DNA of 64,000 nt from assembly GCA_036279455.1 (NCBI GenBank), contig DASUJD010000058.1:3548-67547 (forward strand). The letters are read 5' to 3'. A model generated the notes under the pieces. It saw only the letters and a program-made list of their open reading frames with translations, was not told the DNA's origin and did no database searches. The stretch comes from Rhodanobacteraceae bacterium (GTDB lineage Bacteria; Pseudomonadota; Gammaproteobacteria; Xanthomonadales; Rhodanobacteraceae). A program made the position numbers and the translations under genes. Positions 9,603-18,582 of this stretch are shown one piece after another (position 1 is the stretch's first letter; every line of letters starts with the position of its first letter).

Positions 9603-11207
9603 ATGACTTCCAAGGCTTCCACCGCACCCGAGGTCGACCAGGAATTGGCCGAGGGGCTGCGCGAGCGCGAGGCAGCCGCCGGTTTTGGCGAATTCCGCCC
9701 TGCCAGCCTGGCGATGGCGACGATCGGCTTGTCGCTTGGCACCTTCATGCAGGTGCTGGACATGACCATCGCCAACGTGTCGCTGCCGACGATCGCGGGC
9801 AACCTGGCTGCGAGCCAGGACCAATCGACCTGGGTGATTACCTCGTTCACGGTGGCCCAGGCGATCACGTTGCCGATGACGGGTTTCCTGTCGCGTCGCT
9901 TCGGCGAGGTGAAGGTGTTCATCTGGGCGGTGCTGCTGTTTTCGCTGTTCTCGATGGCTTGCGGTTTCGCCACCAGTCTGTCCATGCTGGTGTTTTTCCG
10001 CGCGCTGCAGGGCGCGGTGTGCGGACCGATGTATCCGATCACCCAGAGCCTGATGGTATCGATCTACCCGCGGGACAAGCGCGGCATGGCGCTGGCGATC
10101 ATCAGCATGATCACGGTGGTGGCGCCGATCGTCGGGCCGGTGGCGGGTGGCTGGATCACGGATTCGTATTCGTGGCGATGGATTTTCTTCATCAACGTGC
10201 CGATCGGTATCTTCGCCGGCGCGGTGGTGTTGGCGCAGATGGGCAAACGCGTCGAGAAACTGGTACGGGCGCGCATTGACTGGGTAGGGCTGATCACCTT
10301 GATCCTGGGCGTCGGTTCGTTGCAAGTCCTGTTGGACAAGGGCAACCAGCTGGACTGGTTCCATTCCGGCACCATCGTGACGCTGGCGATCATCGCGATA
10401 ATCTCGCTCACCGTGTGGGTGATCTGGGAGCTGACCGATGAAACACCGCTGGTCGACTTGCGCCTGTTCCGGCACCGCAATTTCGCGGCCGGCACGCTGG
10501 CGCTGGTGCTGGCCTTCGCGCTGTTCTTTTCGATCGCGCTGCTGCTGCCCCTGTGGTTGCAGAACACGCTCGGTTACACGGCGATATGGTCGGGATTGGC
10601 GGCTGCACCGATCGGCATCATTCCGATCCTGTTGACCTTCTGGGTGGGCAAATATGCCACCCGTTTCGACTTGCGCTGGTTGACCGCGTTTTCATTCGCG
10701 GTCATGGCATTCGTCTGTTTCCGTTTCGGCAGTTTCAATACCGACGTGGATTTCATGAGCGTGGCATTGACCGAGTTGATCCTGGGCCTGGGGATCGCGC
10801 TGTTCTTCATGCCGGTACTGACCATCCTGTTGTCGGACCTGGATGGTCCTGAAATTGCGGAAGGGTCCGGTTCGGCCACCTTCCTGCGCACGGTGGGCGC
10901 CAGTTTCGCCGTGTCCATCGTCACCTACCTGTGGTCGCGGGGAAGCGTGGCCAGCCATGCGAACCTCGCCGAGCACATCAACCCGTTCAATGGCGCGGTG
11001 CGCCACGGCATTGCCGCGATGGGCGGTCAGTTGCAGCAGTACGCCGAGGGCGTCAATCGCGTGATCACCCAGCAGGCCACGCAGATTTCCTTCAACCATC
11101 TGTTCGACGGTCTGGGTGTGGGCTTCCTGGTCCTGATTGCGGTGGTCTGGCTGGCCAAGCCGCCGTTCATTGCGCGCGGGCGCGGCCCCGCGCCTGGCGG
11201 GCATTAG
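9603..11207 (+). CDS. emrB: DHA2-family MFS drug efflux permease (EmrB/QacA type), tandem paralog
   Basis: ATG at 9603 inside ORF 9549-11207. Collinear with copy 1 over the full length, roughly 70% identity by eye. Confidence 0.85.
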   Translation: MTSKASTAPEVDQELAEGLREREAAAGFGEFRPASLAMATIGLSLGTFMQVLDMTIANVSLPTIAGNLAASQDQSTWVITSFTVAQAITLPMTGFLSRRFGEVKVFIWAVLLFSLFSMACGFATSLSMLVFFRALQGAVCGPMYPITQSLMVSIYPRDKRGMALAIISMITVVAPIVGPVAGGWITDSYSWRWIFFINVPIGIFAGAVVLAQMGKRVEKLVRARIDWVGLITLILGVGSLQVLLDKGNQLDWFHSGTIVTLAIIAIISLTVWVIWELTDETPLVDLRLFRHRNFAAGTLALVLAFALFFSIALLLPLWLQNTLGYTAIWSGLAAAPIGIIPILLTFWVGKYATRFDLRWLTAFSFAVMAFVCFRFGSFNTDVDFMSVALTELILGLGIALFFMPVLTILLSDLDGPEIAEGSGSATFLRTVGASFAVSIVTYLWSRGSVASHANLAEHINPFNGAVRHGIAAMGGQLQQYAEGVNRVITQQATQISFNHLFDGLGVGFLVLIAVVWLAKPPFIARGRGPAPGGH

Positions 11208-11479
11208 CTCCTGCTGGCCTGCGGACGCGGCATTGCAAGCAATCCGATGCAAGTCCGGTCGTATCGACGCCGGTCCGGCATATCGCAGGATTCGGGTGGG
11301 CAACCTTGACGATTCCCGCGCGGGATCGGCGATGGTCGAGGAGAACGGAACGCAGCGAGCCCCTGGCGACGGTGGCCTGGAAGCCGGGCGAGACGTCATC
11401 GAAGTGACTCGGGCGACTTGCATGCTGCAATGGCCACAGGCGCGGTCAAGGTCTTCGCGCAATCGAGGAGGACGCATCC

Positions 11480-12373
11480 ATGATGAAATGGTTTCTGGGC
11501 ATCCTGCTATTGAGCATGCTTTCCCCTGTCCACGCTGCACGACAAGAAGGCTTCACGCAGGGCGCGGACAAGGTGCGGATCCACTATCTGCAGTCGGGGC
11601 CTGCTCATGCCAGGCACACACTGCTGCTGATTCCCGGTTGGCGCATCAGCGCGTCGATCTGGTCACGGCAGCTTGAGCGTTTTGCTGCGCAGGGTGACCG
11701 GGTCGTGGCGATCGACCCGCGATCACAGGGCAAGTCGAGCATGGTGCCGGCCGGGAATGCGCCGGAGGATCGCGCAGCGGACATCCAGCGGGTCATTGCT
11801 TCGCTGCACTTGAGGCATGTGATCCTGGTGGGATGGTCGCAGGGCGCCCAGGACGTGGCCGCCTACGTCAACCGATTTGGCACGAATGCGGTGGATGCGC
11901 TGGTACTGGTCGACAGCCCCGTCAGCGCCGGCCCCGCCGACGTCGCGCTGAATCCCGGTTTCATCAAGGTCATCGCAGCGGGCATGGGCACCTATGCGAA
12001 AAGTCCGAGGGCGTATTCCGACGGAATGATGCGGGCGATCATGCACGCGCCGCCCCAAGGGTTGTCGTTCCAGTCCCTGGACGATACGGCGATGAAAACC
12101 CCAGTGGACACGGGTATCTCGATGCTGACGCAGGATCTGTTCACCACCGATCGCCGCCCTTACCTGAAAAAATTCGACAAGCCCACGCTGGTAATCGCCT
12201 CCGGCGAGAGCCCGCTGCTCGATGCCCAGCAGCAAATGGCCAGGCAACTGCCGCACGCGAGATTCCGGATCATCCGGAACGCATCGCACGCGGTGTTCGT
12301 CGATCAACCCGATGTTTTCGACAAGCTGATCATGGAATTCATCGATTCGCTTGATCCGAAGAGCGGCCAGTGA
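11480..12373 (+). CDS. Secreted alpha/beta-fold hydrolase
   Basis: 297 aa with a signal-like N-terminus. Nucleophile elbow GWSQG, C-terminal ...NASHAVFVDQP.... Confidence 0.75.
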   Translation: MMKWFLGILLLSMLSPVHAARQEGFTQGADKVRIHYLQSGPAHARHTLLLIPGWRISASIWSRQLERFAAQGDRVVAIDPRSQGKSSMVPAGNAPEDRAADIQRVIASLHLRHVILVGWSQGAQDVAAYVNRFGTNAVDALVLVDSPVSAGPADVALNPGFIKVIAAGMGTYAKSPRAYSDGMMRAIMHAPPQGLSFQSLDDTAMKTPVDTGISMLTQDLFTTDRRPYLKKFDKPTLVIASGESPLLDAQQQMARQLPHARFRIIRNASHAVFVDQPDVFDKLIMEFIDSLDPKSGQ

Positions 12374-12675
12374 GTGTTCATCGAGCCAAATGGCGTGCGT
12401 CTGTTCGCAACTGCGGGTTGTTGCGTAAAACAGGGCGCATGCGACGAGTGCGATGACGCCGTGCCCGAAGTTGCGACAACCGTCTGCGTGCATGTTTTCT
12501 TCACGGGCGTGATGGGACCATCTTGCCGTTTCCATTCCGATGGCAATCTGGATGAGCTTGGGATGATCTGATCAAACATCGGTTCCGTCACTCATGCGGA
12601 GGCGGCCCGTGTTTGCAGGGCTGCAAGCGCGAACGCCGCAATCAAGGTTTCACGAAGTACTGGAAGAGAACTTGC

Positions 12676-12978
12676 ATGTTTGCCGTGATCCGCGACACCA
12701 CTTATCCCGCCGACAAGCCGCTCGGTCAACAGCCGGAGTTCAAGGCTTTTCAGGGCAAACACGCCACGCAGCCCGGCTATCGCGGCACGGTCGTGACGCA
12801 TCTGGGAAACGGGAGGCACCTTACCGTGACCCTTTGGGACACCGCCGAGCACATGAATGCCGCGCGCGAGGCTATCGGTCCTGCGGTGAAGACGCTGATC
12901 GAGCCGATCATGACTGCGCCTGCAAAGCTGCTGGGAACCGGAGAAGTGGCTTATACGGATATTGGTTTCCGGGCGTGA
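12676..12978 (+). CDS. Small ABM/dimeric alpha-beta-barrel-like protein (hypothetical)
   Basis: ATG at 12676 inside ORF 12613-12978, ~100 aa. ...LTVTLWDTAEHMNAAREAI... resembles antibiotic-biosynthesis-monooxygenase-like folds. Weak call. Confidence 0.45.
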   Translation: MFAVIRDTTYPADKPLGQQPEFKAFQGKHATQPGYRGTVVTHLGNGRHLTVTLWDTAEHMNAAREAIGPAVKTLIEPIMTAPAKLLGTGEVAYTDIGFRA

Positions 12979-13324
12979 CGCACACGGGTACCGCATAGGT
13001 AGCGAAGCCAATTGTTACAAAGCGATTCGAGCGGCTCTACGTTTCGAGGCTGGGAGGGATGCACAAGAGAGCGGCGCCGTACGATCGCTCTTGTTCGCTC
13101 TGCCACGTCCAGGGATCGCAACGTGACTCATCCACCAAGCACTGTTGAAATTTCGGGTGAGCCTTTTCTGCGAGCTCTCTCGCCACGGATTTGACTTTGT
13201 TCGGCCCGCTTCCTCACCGAAACAACTGCTTCGCATTCGAAGAAATTGGACATTCCACGACAGGAAACGGACGGCCGGCATGCCCAAACCGGGCCGAACC
13301 ACCATCAGGATGGCATTTGCCCGC

Positions 13325-14095
13325 CTAATGTCCGGCAGGCTTCTTGCTGCGCAACCGTTCGACCAACGCGTGTAGCGTGGCCTGCGCTTCGGGTGCAAAC
13401 CAGCTGTCGAGGAAGGCTTCAACGGGCAGCACGGCGGGATCTTCGAACAAGCGCGCAAGATCATCGCGCGCCAGCGCGCGGGTGCTGAGCATGGCCTGGC
13501 GCGGCAGTTTCAGCAAAGGTTCCAGCCACGCAAGCGTGCGCGTGGCGACGTGATCGACATCTGTCAGCTCGTCGATCATGCCCGTATCGAGTGCATCTTC
13601 TGCATCCAGCATCGTGCCGGAGACCAGCATGCGTTCGGCGCGATACGATCCAACCAGGCGGCGCAGCGCGGCCTGGATGCAATCCGGCACCGTCAGGCCG
13701 ACCTGCACTTCGTTGAGGCCGATCCTGTATTCGCCGCGTGCCATCACCCGGTAATCGCAGAAGATCGCGAGTACCGCGCCACCTGCCGGACTGTGCCCGG
13801 TGATTGCGGCAGCGACCGGGATCGGTGATCGTGCCAGCGCTGCGCACACGCCGAAGAAGTCATTCCAGAACGCACGCATCGCGTCACGGTCGAGTTGCAG
13901 CAGTGCGGGGATGTCGAGCCCGGCCGAGAACAATCCCGGCGACCCTGAAAGCATCAAGGCCGCGGCACCATCGTGCGGCGCCTGTTCGATCGCTTGCTTG
14001 AGCGCCGCGATCAATTCCGGGTCCAGTGCGTTGACCGGCGGACGCGCGAGTTTCAGTTCGCGGATGCGGTGGTCGTGTTCGATGATGTCGAGCAT
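13325..14095 (-). CDS. Enoyl-CoA hydratase/isomerase family protein
   Basis: Start chosen at ATG 14095 (MLDIIEHDHRIRELKLARPPVNALD...) with GAGGA 4 nt upstream. The longer ORF to 14359 only translates the heptamer array. Crotonase-fold motifs ...LSGSPGLFSAGLDI.... Confidence 0.8.
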   Translation of the reverse strand: MLDIIEHDHRIRELKLARPPVNALDPELIAALKQAIEQAPHDGAAALMLSGSPGLFSAGLDIPALLQLDRDAMRAFWNDFFGVCAALARSPIPVAAAITGHSPAGGAVLAIFCDYRVMARGEYRIGLNEVQVGLTVPDCIQAALRRLVGSYRAERMLVSGTMLDAEDALDTGMIDELTDVDHVATRTLAWLEPLLKLPRQAMLSTRALARDDLARLFEDPAVLPVEAFLDSWFAPEAQATLHALVERLRSKKPAGH

Positions 14096-14163
14096 GTCCT
14101 CGTCAGCTCCCATTGAGGAAACGGATTGACCCGCGTTGTCCTGGGCACGTCCCCTCACCGCAT

Positions 14164-14202
14164 CCCTCTCCCCCAAACGATGAAGCCGTTCGGGGGAGAG
14201 GG
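14164..14202. repeat. Perfect 11-bp hairpin CCCTCTCCCCC-N17-GGGGGAGAGGG
   Basis: Read directly from the sequence. Lies between the heptamer array and the enoyl-CoA hydratase start. Confidence 0.7.
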
Positions 14203-14236
14203 AGTGCTCATCAAACGCCCGATGTTTTACGCTCCT

Positions 14237-14299
14237 CCCGAGTCCCGAGTCCCGAGTCCCGAGTCCCGAGTCCCGAGTCCCGAGTCCCGAGTCCCGAGT
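14237..14299. repeat. Nine exact tandem copies of CCCGAGT (G-rich GGGACTC on the minus/transcribed-sense strand)
   Basis: Counted directly: 63 nt, no mismatch. Begins 1 nt after the TGA of the DUF4139 gene. Confidence 0.95.
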
Positions 14300-14300
14300 C

Positions 14301-15749
14301 TCACAAGTCCTGGGCGGTCCAGTTGTAGCGCACGCTGTACGTGAGCGTGGTGCTGCCATTCGCCGGTACCGGTACGCGGAACTCCAGCAGTTGCGGCGTT
14401 TGCTTCGAGGGTTTGATGCTGGAAGACGTCACGCTCCACTCGCGCCAGCGGTTGGGGTGTTCGCGCACCGTCACCATCCGTGCGGAATCGCCGCCGTTGC
14501 TGAGCGTGACCTTGTACGACTCGTTCATCGTGTGTGCCTTGGCGTCGACGTGGAACGCGGTGCGTTCGTGGCTGGCACGCAGGTCGAAGCTCTGGCCGAG
14601 TTGCACGGCGACGCGCTGGCCCTTCGGTGTGTCGGCGACGTTGCCCTCGCCCAGCAGCGCCGGCGCGCCGGAATGATCGACTGTCCACGCGTGCAAGGTG
14701 CCGGCGGGCAGGGCATCAGGCGCGATGAAGGCGAGCGTGCTCGCGATCGGTCTGTCCTGATAATTTTGCGCGCCGTAATCATTGGTGTTCGGTTTGGGCG
14801 GATAACCCGAACCACCATCATCGACGATGTATTCGCGCTGGCAGGAAAGCTGCCGCTCCGGGTATAGCGGCGTCAGCGTCACGGTGCCATTGGGCAGATT
14901 CACCGCACCCTGCAGCGTGAAGCTGCGATAGTCGCCCAGCGATGCCTGCTCGGGCATCGCCGCGGCCGCCATCGGCGCAGGCGCCCTGGCCATGCTGTAC
15001 ATGCGCACGCGGTCGCCGAGGTTGGGTTGCCCTGCGACCAGTTTGATCGTGGCATCGTTGAAATCACGTCCGCTTCGGTTGGCGACGCTGGCTTCCGGTT
15101 TGAAATCCATACGGCAGGTGCGGCCGTTCGACAACGTCGCGGCGTAGGCGGCGCGCCAGCCGAGCCCCGACGTCATGTAGGTGAGGCGAGCCTTGCGCCG
15201 GCCCGTCGACTTTGCGTTCACGGTCAGACGCAGGCTGCTGCGGCCGATGACGGAACCTGTCGGCACCGTCATCGACGCGTACCGGTGCACGAAATGCACC
15301 TTGCCGTCCTGCGTGCGGATCAGTGCGCCACCGTCGCGCCCCCAGCCGAGCAGGGTGCCGTGCAAACTGCTTGCGCCCGCCCCGGCAGCGGTACCGCTGG
15401 TGAAGACGTCCACGCGCTGCCCGATCGCAGCCTCCAGCGGATGTATCACGCGCACCTGTTGCCCCTGCAGCACCACACCGGCAGCCGGATCCAATGTCAC
15501 GGTCATCGTCTCCGGGTCGGCGGCTGCCGGCAAGTCGCCGATCTGGAGCTCGTGGGTCCCGGCGGCGAGCTCCACTTGCCGCTGTTCACTCACCAGTGCG
15601 TGGCCGGCATTCAACGTGCCTGCGGAACTGGCTGAAAACAGCGCGTCGTTGTCGGCGTGGTAGATGGTCAGGCTGGGTGGCTCGGCGGCGAACATGACGG
15701 GGGTGGCCAGCAGCGCGACGAGCGCGGCACAAGGCAATCGGCGGGGCAT
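14301..15749 (-). CDS. DUF4139 domain-containing secreted protein
   Basis: Start at MPRRLPCAALVALLATPVMFA (signal-like). Beta-rich ~480 aa protein with the overall look of the DUF4139 family. Family call is moderate. Confidence 0.55.
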   Translation of the reverse strand: MPRRLPCAALVALLATPVMFAAEPPSLTIYHADNDALFSASSAGTLNAGHALVSEQRQVELAAGTHELQIGDLPAAADPETMTVTLDPAAGVVLQGQQVRVIHPLEAAIGQRVDVFTSGTAAGAGASSLHGTLLGWGRDGGALIRTQDGKVHFVHRYASMTVPTGSVIGRSSLRLTVNAKSTGRRKARLTYMTSGLGWRAAYAATLSNGRTCRMDFKPEASVANRSGRDFNDATIKLVAGQPNLGDRVRMYSMARAPAPMAAAAMPEQASLGDYRSFTLQGAVNLPNGTVTLTPLYPERQLSCQREYIVDDGGSGYPPKPNTNDYGAQNYQDRPIASTLAFIAPDALPAGTLHAWTVDHSGAPALLGEGNVADTPKGQRVAVQLGQSFDLRASHERTAFHVDAKAHTMNESYKVTLSNGGDSARMVTVREHPNRWREWSVTSSSIKPSKQTPQLLEFRVPVPANGSTTLTYSVRYNWTAQDL

Positions 15750-15830
15750 GGCGTGTCTCCCTGGTGGCGTTGCGTGCTGCCATCGATGATAACCGCTGCG
15801 CCTGAATCGAAGCGACGGCACAAGCCTCGT

Positions 15831-17567
15831 TCAAGTCGAGGATTGCACGCTGTCGAGCAGCGCCGTGATGGCCTCGCTGTCGCGTGCGCGCAGCAGGCGT
15901 GGGGCCAACGCACGCAGCGCCCGGTAGTCACAATGCGACAGCGCGTCGCGTTGCGCCAGGATGCGGTCCGGCAGCATGCTGAAATCTTCGAGGCCCAGCG
16001 CAACCAGCACCGACGCGAATGTGGTGTCCCCGGCGATTTCTCCGCACAGGCATACCTCCTTGCGGGCCATCCGCGAGCGTCCAATCACGTATGCCAGCAT
16101 TCGCAAGACGGCCGGGTGCGCCGGCCGGTAGAGCTTGCCCAGCTGATCGTTGTTGCGATCAGCTGCCAGCACGTATTGGGTCAGATCGTTGCTGCCGATC
16201 GCCAGAAAGTCGGCGACTTCCAGCAATGCGCGCACGTTGATGGCAGCGGCCGGCACCTCGACCATCGCACCCAGCTCGAACTGGTCGGGAATCTCGTGAC
16301 CGGCCGTGCGCAGGTCGCGCGCGCATTCTTCCAGCAACCGCCGTACTTCGACCAGTTCGGCTGCGTCGGTGATCATCGGCACCAGGATGCGCAGTGGTCC
16401 GTAACAGCTCGCCCGCAGGATGGCGCGCAGCTGCGTCACCAACACGTCCAGATGTCGCAGCGACAGGCGCACGCCGCGTATGCCGAGCGCCGGGTTCGGT
16501 TCGGATGCCACCTCCAGGCCTGCGGCATCGGCCTTGTCGGCGCCGAGGTCGAGCGTGCGGATCGTCACCGGAAGCCCGCCGGCGCTCAGCACGGCGTCGC
16601 GATAGGCGGCAAGCTGTTGTTCCTCGTCCGGCAATCCGTCATGTGAGAGAAACAGGAATTCGGTGCGGTACAGGCCGATGCCTGCAACGCCGAGTCCGCG
16701 CGCACGTTCGATGTCTTCGGGTCGTTCGGCGTTGGCGAACAGGCGCAGCTTGTGGCCGTCGCGGGTCAGGGTGCGGGTGCCGGCCAGTTGCGCGAGGCGC
16801 TGCCCCTCGCGCATGGTTTCGCGTTGCCAGTTGCGGTATTGGGCAAGATCCTGCGCGGCGGGATGGACGATGATTTCACCGCGCACGCCGTCGACCAGCG
16901 CGAGATCGCCGTCGCGCAGATCCTCGAGCACGCCTTCCACGTTCACCAACATGGGCAGGTGCAGGCTGCGCGCGAGGATCGAACTGTGCGAGTAGGGGCT
17001 GCCGGAGCCGGCCGCCACCGCGAGGATGCCGTGGCTGGCCATCTGTGCCAGTTCACCGGGTGCCACGCTCTCGGTCACCAGGATTTCGCCCACGCGGGTC
17101 GCGAGTTTTTTTTCCTCGTTGCTGGCCTGGCGTGTCAGTGCGCTCTGCACGCGAGCGATCACATGATCGACGTCTTCGCCGCGACTGCGCAGATAAGGGT
17201 CATCCATCTTGTCGAACACCGCGACCAGACGGTCGCGCTGGGCCTTCAGCGCCGCCGCGGCGCGGTAGTGGCCCTTGCGGATCATCGCGCGCAAGCCCTC
17301 GATCAGCTCGGGATCGTCCAGCAATTGGGCGTGCGCGTCGATGAATTCGCCGACCTCGCGTGCCAGCGCGCCATGCAGCTTGCGGCGCAACTCGACCATG
17401 TCCTCGCGGGCCAGCGCGAAGGCACGCTCCAACCGCGCGATTTCGTCCTCGATTTCCGAATCGGGCAGTGGCGTGAAGTCGATGCTGAAGCGTGCCGGAT
17501 GCTCAAGACGCACGCGTCCGAGCGCCATTCCGGGCGCGGCGGGATTGCCCGTGAAGACGCGCCTCAT
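15831..17567 (-). CDS. ptsI: Phosphoenolpyruvate-protein phosphotransferase (PTS Enzyme I, no GAF domain)
   Basis: 578 aa. ...GSPYSHSSILARSL... phospho-His region and ...IGSNDLTQY... PEP-utilising C-terminal domain. Confidence 0.9.
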   Translation of the reverse strand: MRRVFTGNPAAPGMALGRVRLEHPARFSIDFTPLPDSEIEDEIARLERAFALAREDMVELRRKLHGALAREVGEFIDAHAQLLDDPELIEGLRAMIRKGHYRAAAALKAQRDRLVAVFDKMDDPYLRSRGEDVDHVIARVQSALTRQASNEEKKLATRVGEILVTESVAPGELAQMASHGILAVAAGSGSPYSHSSILARSLHLPMLVNVEGVLEDLRDGDLALVDGVRGEIIVHPAAQDLAQYRNWQRETMREGQRLAQLAGTRTLTRDGHKLRLFANAERPEDIERARGLGVAGIGLYRTEFLFLSHDGLPDEEQQLAAYRDAVLSAGGLPVTIRTLDLGADKADAAGLEVASEPNPALGIRGVRLSLRHLDVLVTQLRAILRASCYGPLRILVPMITDAAELVEVRRLLEECARDLRTAGHEIPDQFELGAMVEVPAAAINVRALLEVADFLAIGSNDLTQYVLAADRNNDQLGKLYRPAHPAVLRMLAYVIGRSRMARKEVCLCGEIAGDTTFASVLVALGLEDFSMLPDRILAQRDALSHCDYRALRALAPRLLRARDSEAITALLDSVQSST

Positions 17568-17833
17568 GCGCCCTCGTCGAACTTGCGATCGAACAAACGG
17601 GCGACCGCATCCAGTGCTTCGGCTTCGTCCGGACCGTCCACGCGCAGCGTGAGCGGCGTTCCGATGCCGGCCGCCAGCATCATCACGCCCATGATGCTCT
17701 TGGCGTTGACTTCGCGACCGCCGCCGATCAGCCAGATCGTGGATTTGAAGCCCTGCACCAGCTGCACCAGTTTCGCCGAGGCGCGCGCGTGCAGGCCGAG
17801 CTTGTTGCTGACCACGATTTCCTTTTCGATCAT
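17564..17833 (-). CDS. HPr-family phosphocarrier protein
   Basis: Start at MIEKEIVVSNKLGLHARASAKLV (HPr His-15 context). Overlaps the EI start by 4 nt. Confidence 0.85.
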   Translation of the reverse strand: MIEKEIVVSNKLGLHARASAKLVQLVQGFKSTIWLIGGGREVNAKSIMGVMMLAAGIGTPLTLRVDGPDEAEALDAVARLFDRKFDEGA

Positions 17834-17884
17834 CGGGACGTTCCGGGGCGGGAGTGATGACATCCCGCTACGTTACCAAAAGAA

Positions 17885-18079
17885 GGGACCTGGGACTGGG
17901 GACCAGGGGCCAGTCGAAAAAGAGGGTGGGGCAAGATGCAGCCATGTGCGCACCGGGACCAGGACATTGCGTGCCAGCTCCCGGAATCTCGTTTTGCTTC
18001 ATCTGGCCTGCGCATCGGGCGCCGGGTGCGAAAACGCCAAGCAGGTTACGCTCTTCCGGTCCCCGGTCCCCGGTCCCGG
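17885..18079. repeat. Heptamer-armed inverted-repeat element (degenerate copy), MITE/REP-like, no ORF
   Basis: Left arm GGGACCT GGGACTG GGGACCA GGGGCC. Right arm CCGGTCC x3 + CGG. The core shares collinear blocks with the nuoF-nuoG element. Confidence 0.75.
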
Positions 18080-18085
18080 CTCTCG

Positions 18086-18541
18086 TCACACCTTGTCGAT
18101 GCAAATGCCGCCCCGTCCACCGCTGGCGGCGACTTCGGCCAGTTCGTCAAGCGGTTTGTCAGGGTAGTTGAGCACCCTGAGCAGCATCGGCAGGTTCAGT
18201 CCCGACACGCAGCGCGCACGCACGCCGAGACCGGCGAGCTGGTTGGCGATGTTGCAGGGCGTGGAGCCGTACAGATCCGAAAGCACCAGTACACCGCCGC
18301 CATGGTCGAGCGTGCGCGCTGCGCGGGCAGCGGCCGGCAGCACGGCGCCGGGGTCATCGTCGGCGCCCATTTCCATCGCGTCGAGCCGGCACGGCATGTG
18401 CGGCATCACATGCCGGGCGGCAGTGATGAGCGCGCGGCCGATCTCCTCGTGCGTCAGCAGCAAAATGCCCGCCGTCGCGGTGGTCTGGTCTTGACGGAGT
18501 GCGGAAACGTTGGTCATGGGTGGAGATGGGATGGCAGTCAT
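18086..18541 (-). CDS. PTS EIIA component, mannose/fructose family
   Basis: 151 aa. ...GILLLTHEEIGRAL... with the His in the EIIA(Man) position. The start may instead be the internal MTNV (18517). Confidence 0.75.
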   Translation of the reverse strand: MTAIPSPPMTNVSALRQDQTTATAGILLLTHEEIGRALITAARHVMPHMPCRLDAMEMGADDDPGAVLPAAARAARTLDHGGGVLVLSDLYGSTPCNIANQLAGLGVRARCVSGLNLPMLLRVLNYPDKPLDELAEVAASGGRGGICIDKV

Positions 18542-18582
18542 CGGGGGCGTGCAAGTTCCGGTCCAACCGGACCGGTCAACGC

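Noticed and set aside
14237-14299. Heptamer arrays considered as a CRISPR array or as a coding tandem repeat
   Set aside because: The 7-nt units have no spacers, which is incompatible with CRISPR. The array lies just past a stop codon and upstream of the better-supported start of the next gene.
13325-14359. Long form of the enoyl-CoA hydratase ORF with an N-terminal SGLGTRDSGLGTRD repeat
   Set aside because: The repeat peptide is simply the translated (CCCGAGT)9 array and the CCCTCTCCCCC hairpin. The crotonase fold begins after ATG 14095, which has a GAGGA ribosome-binding site.
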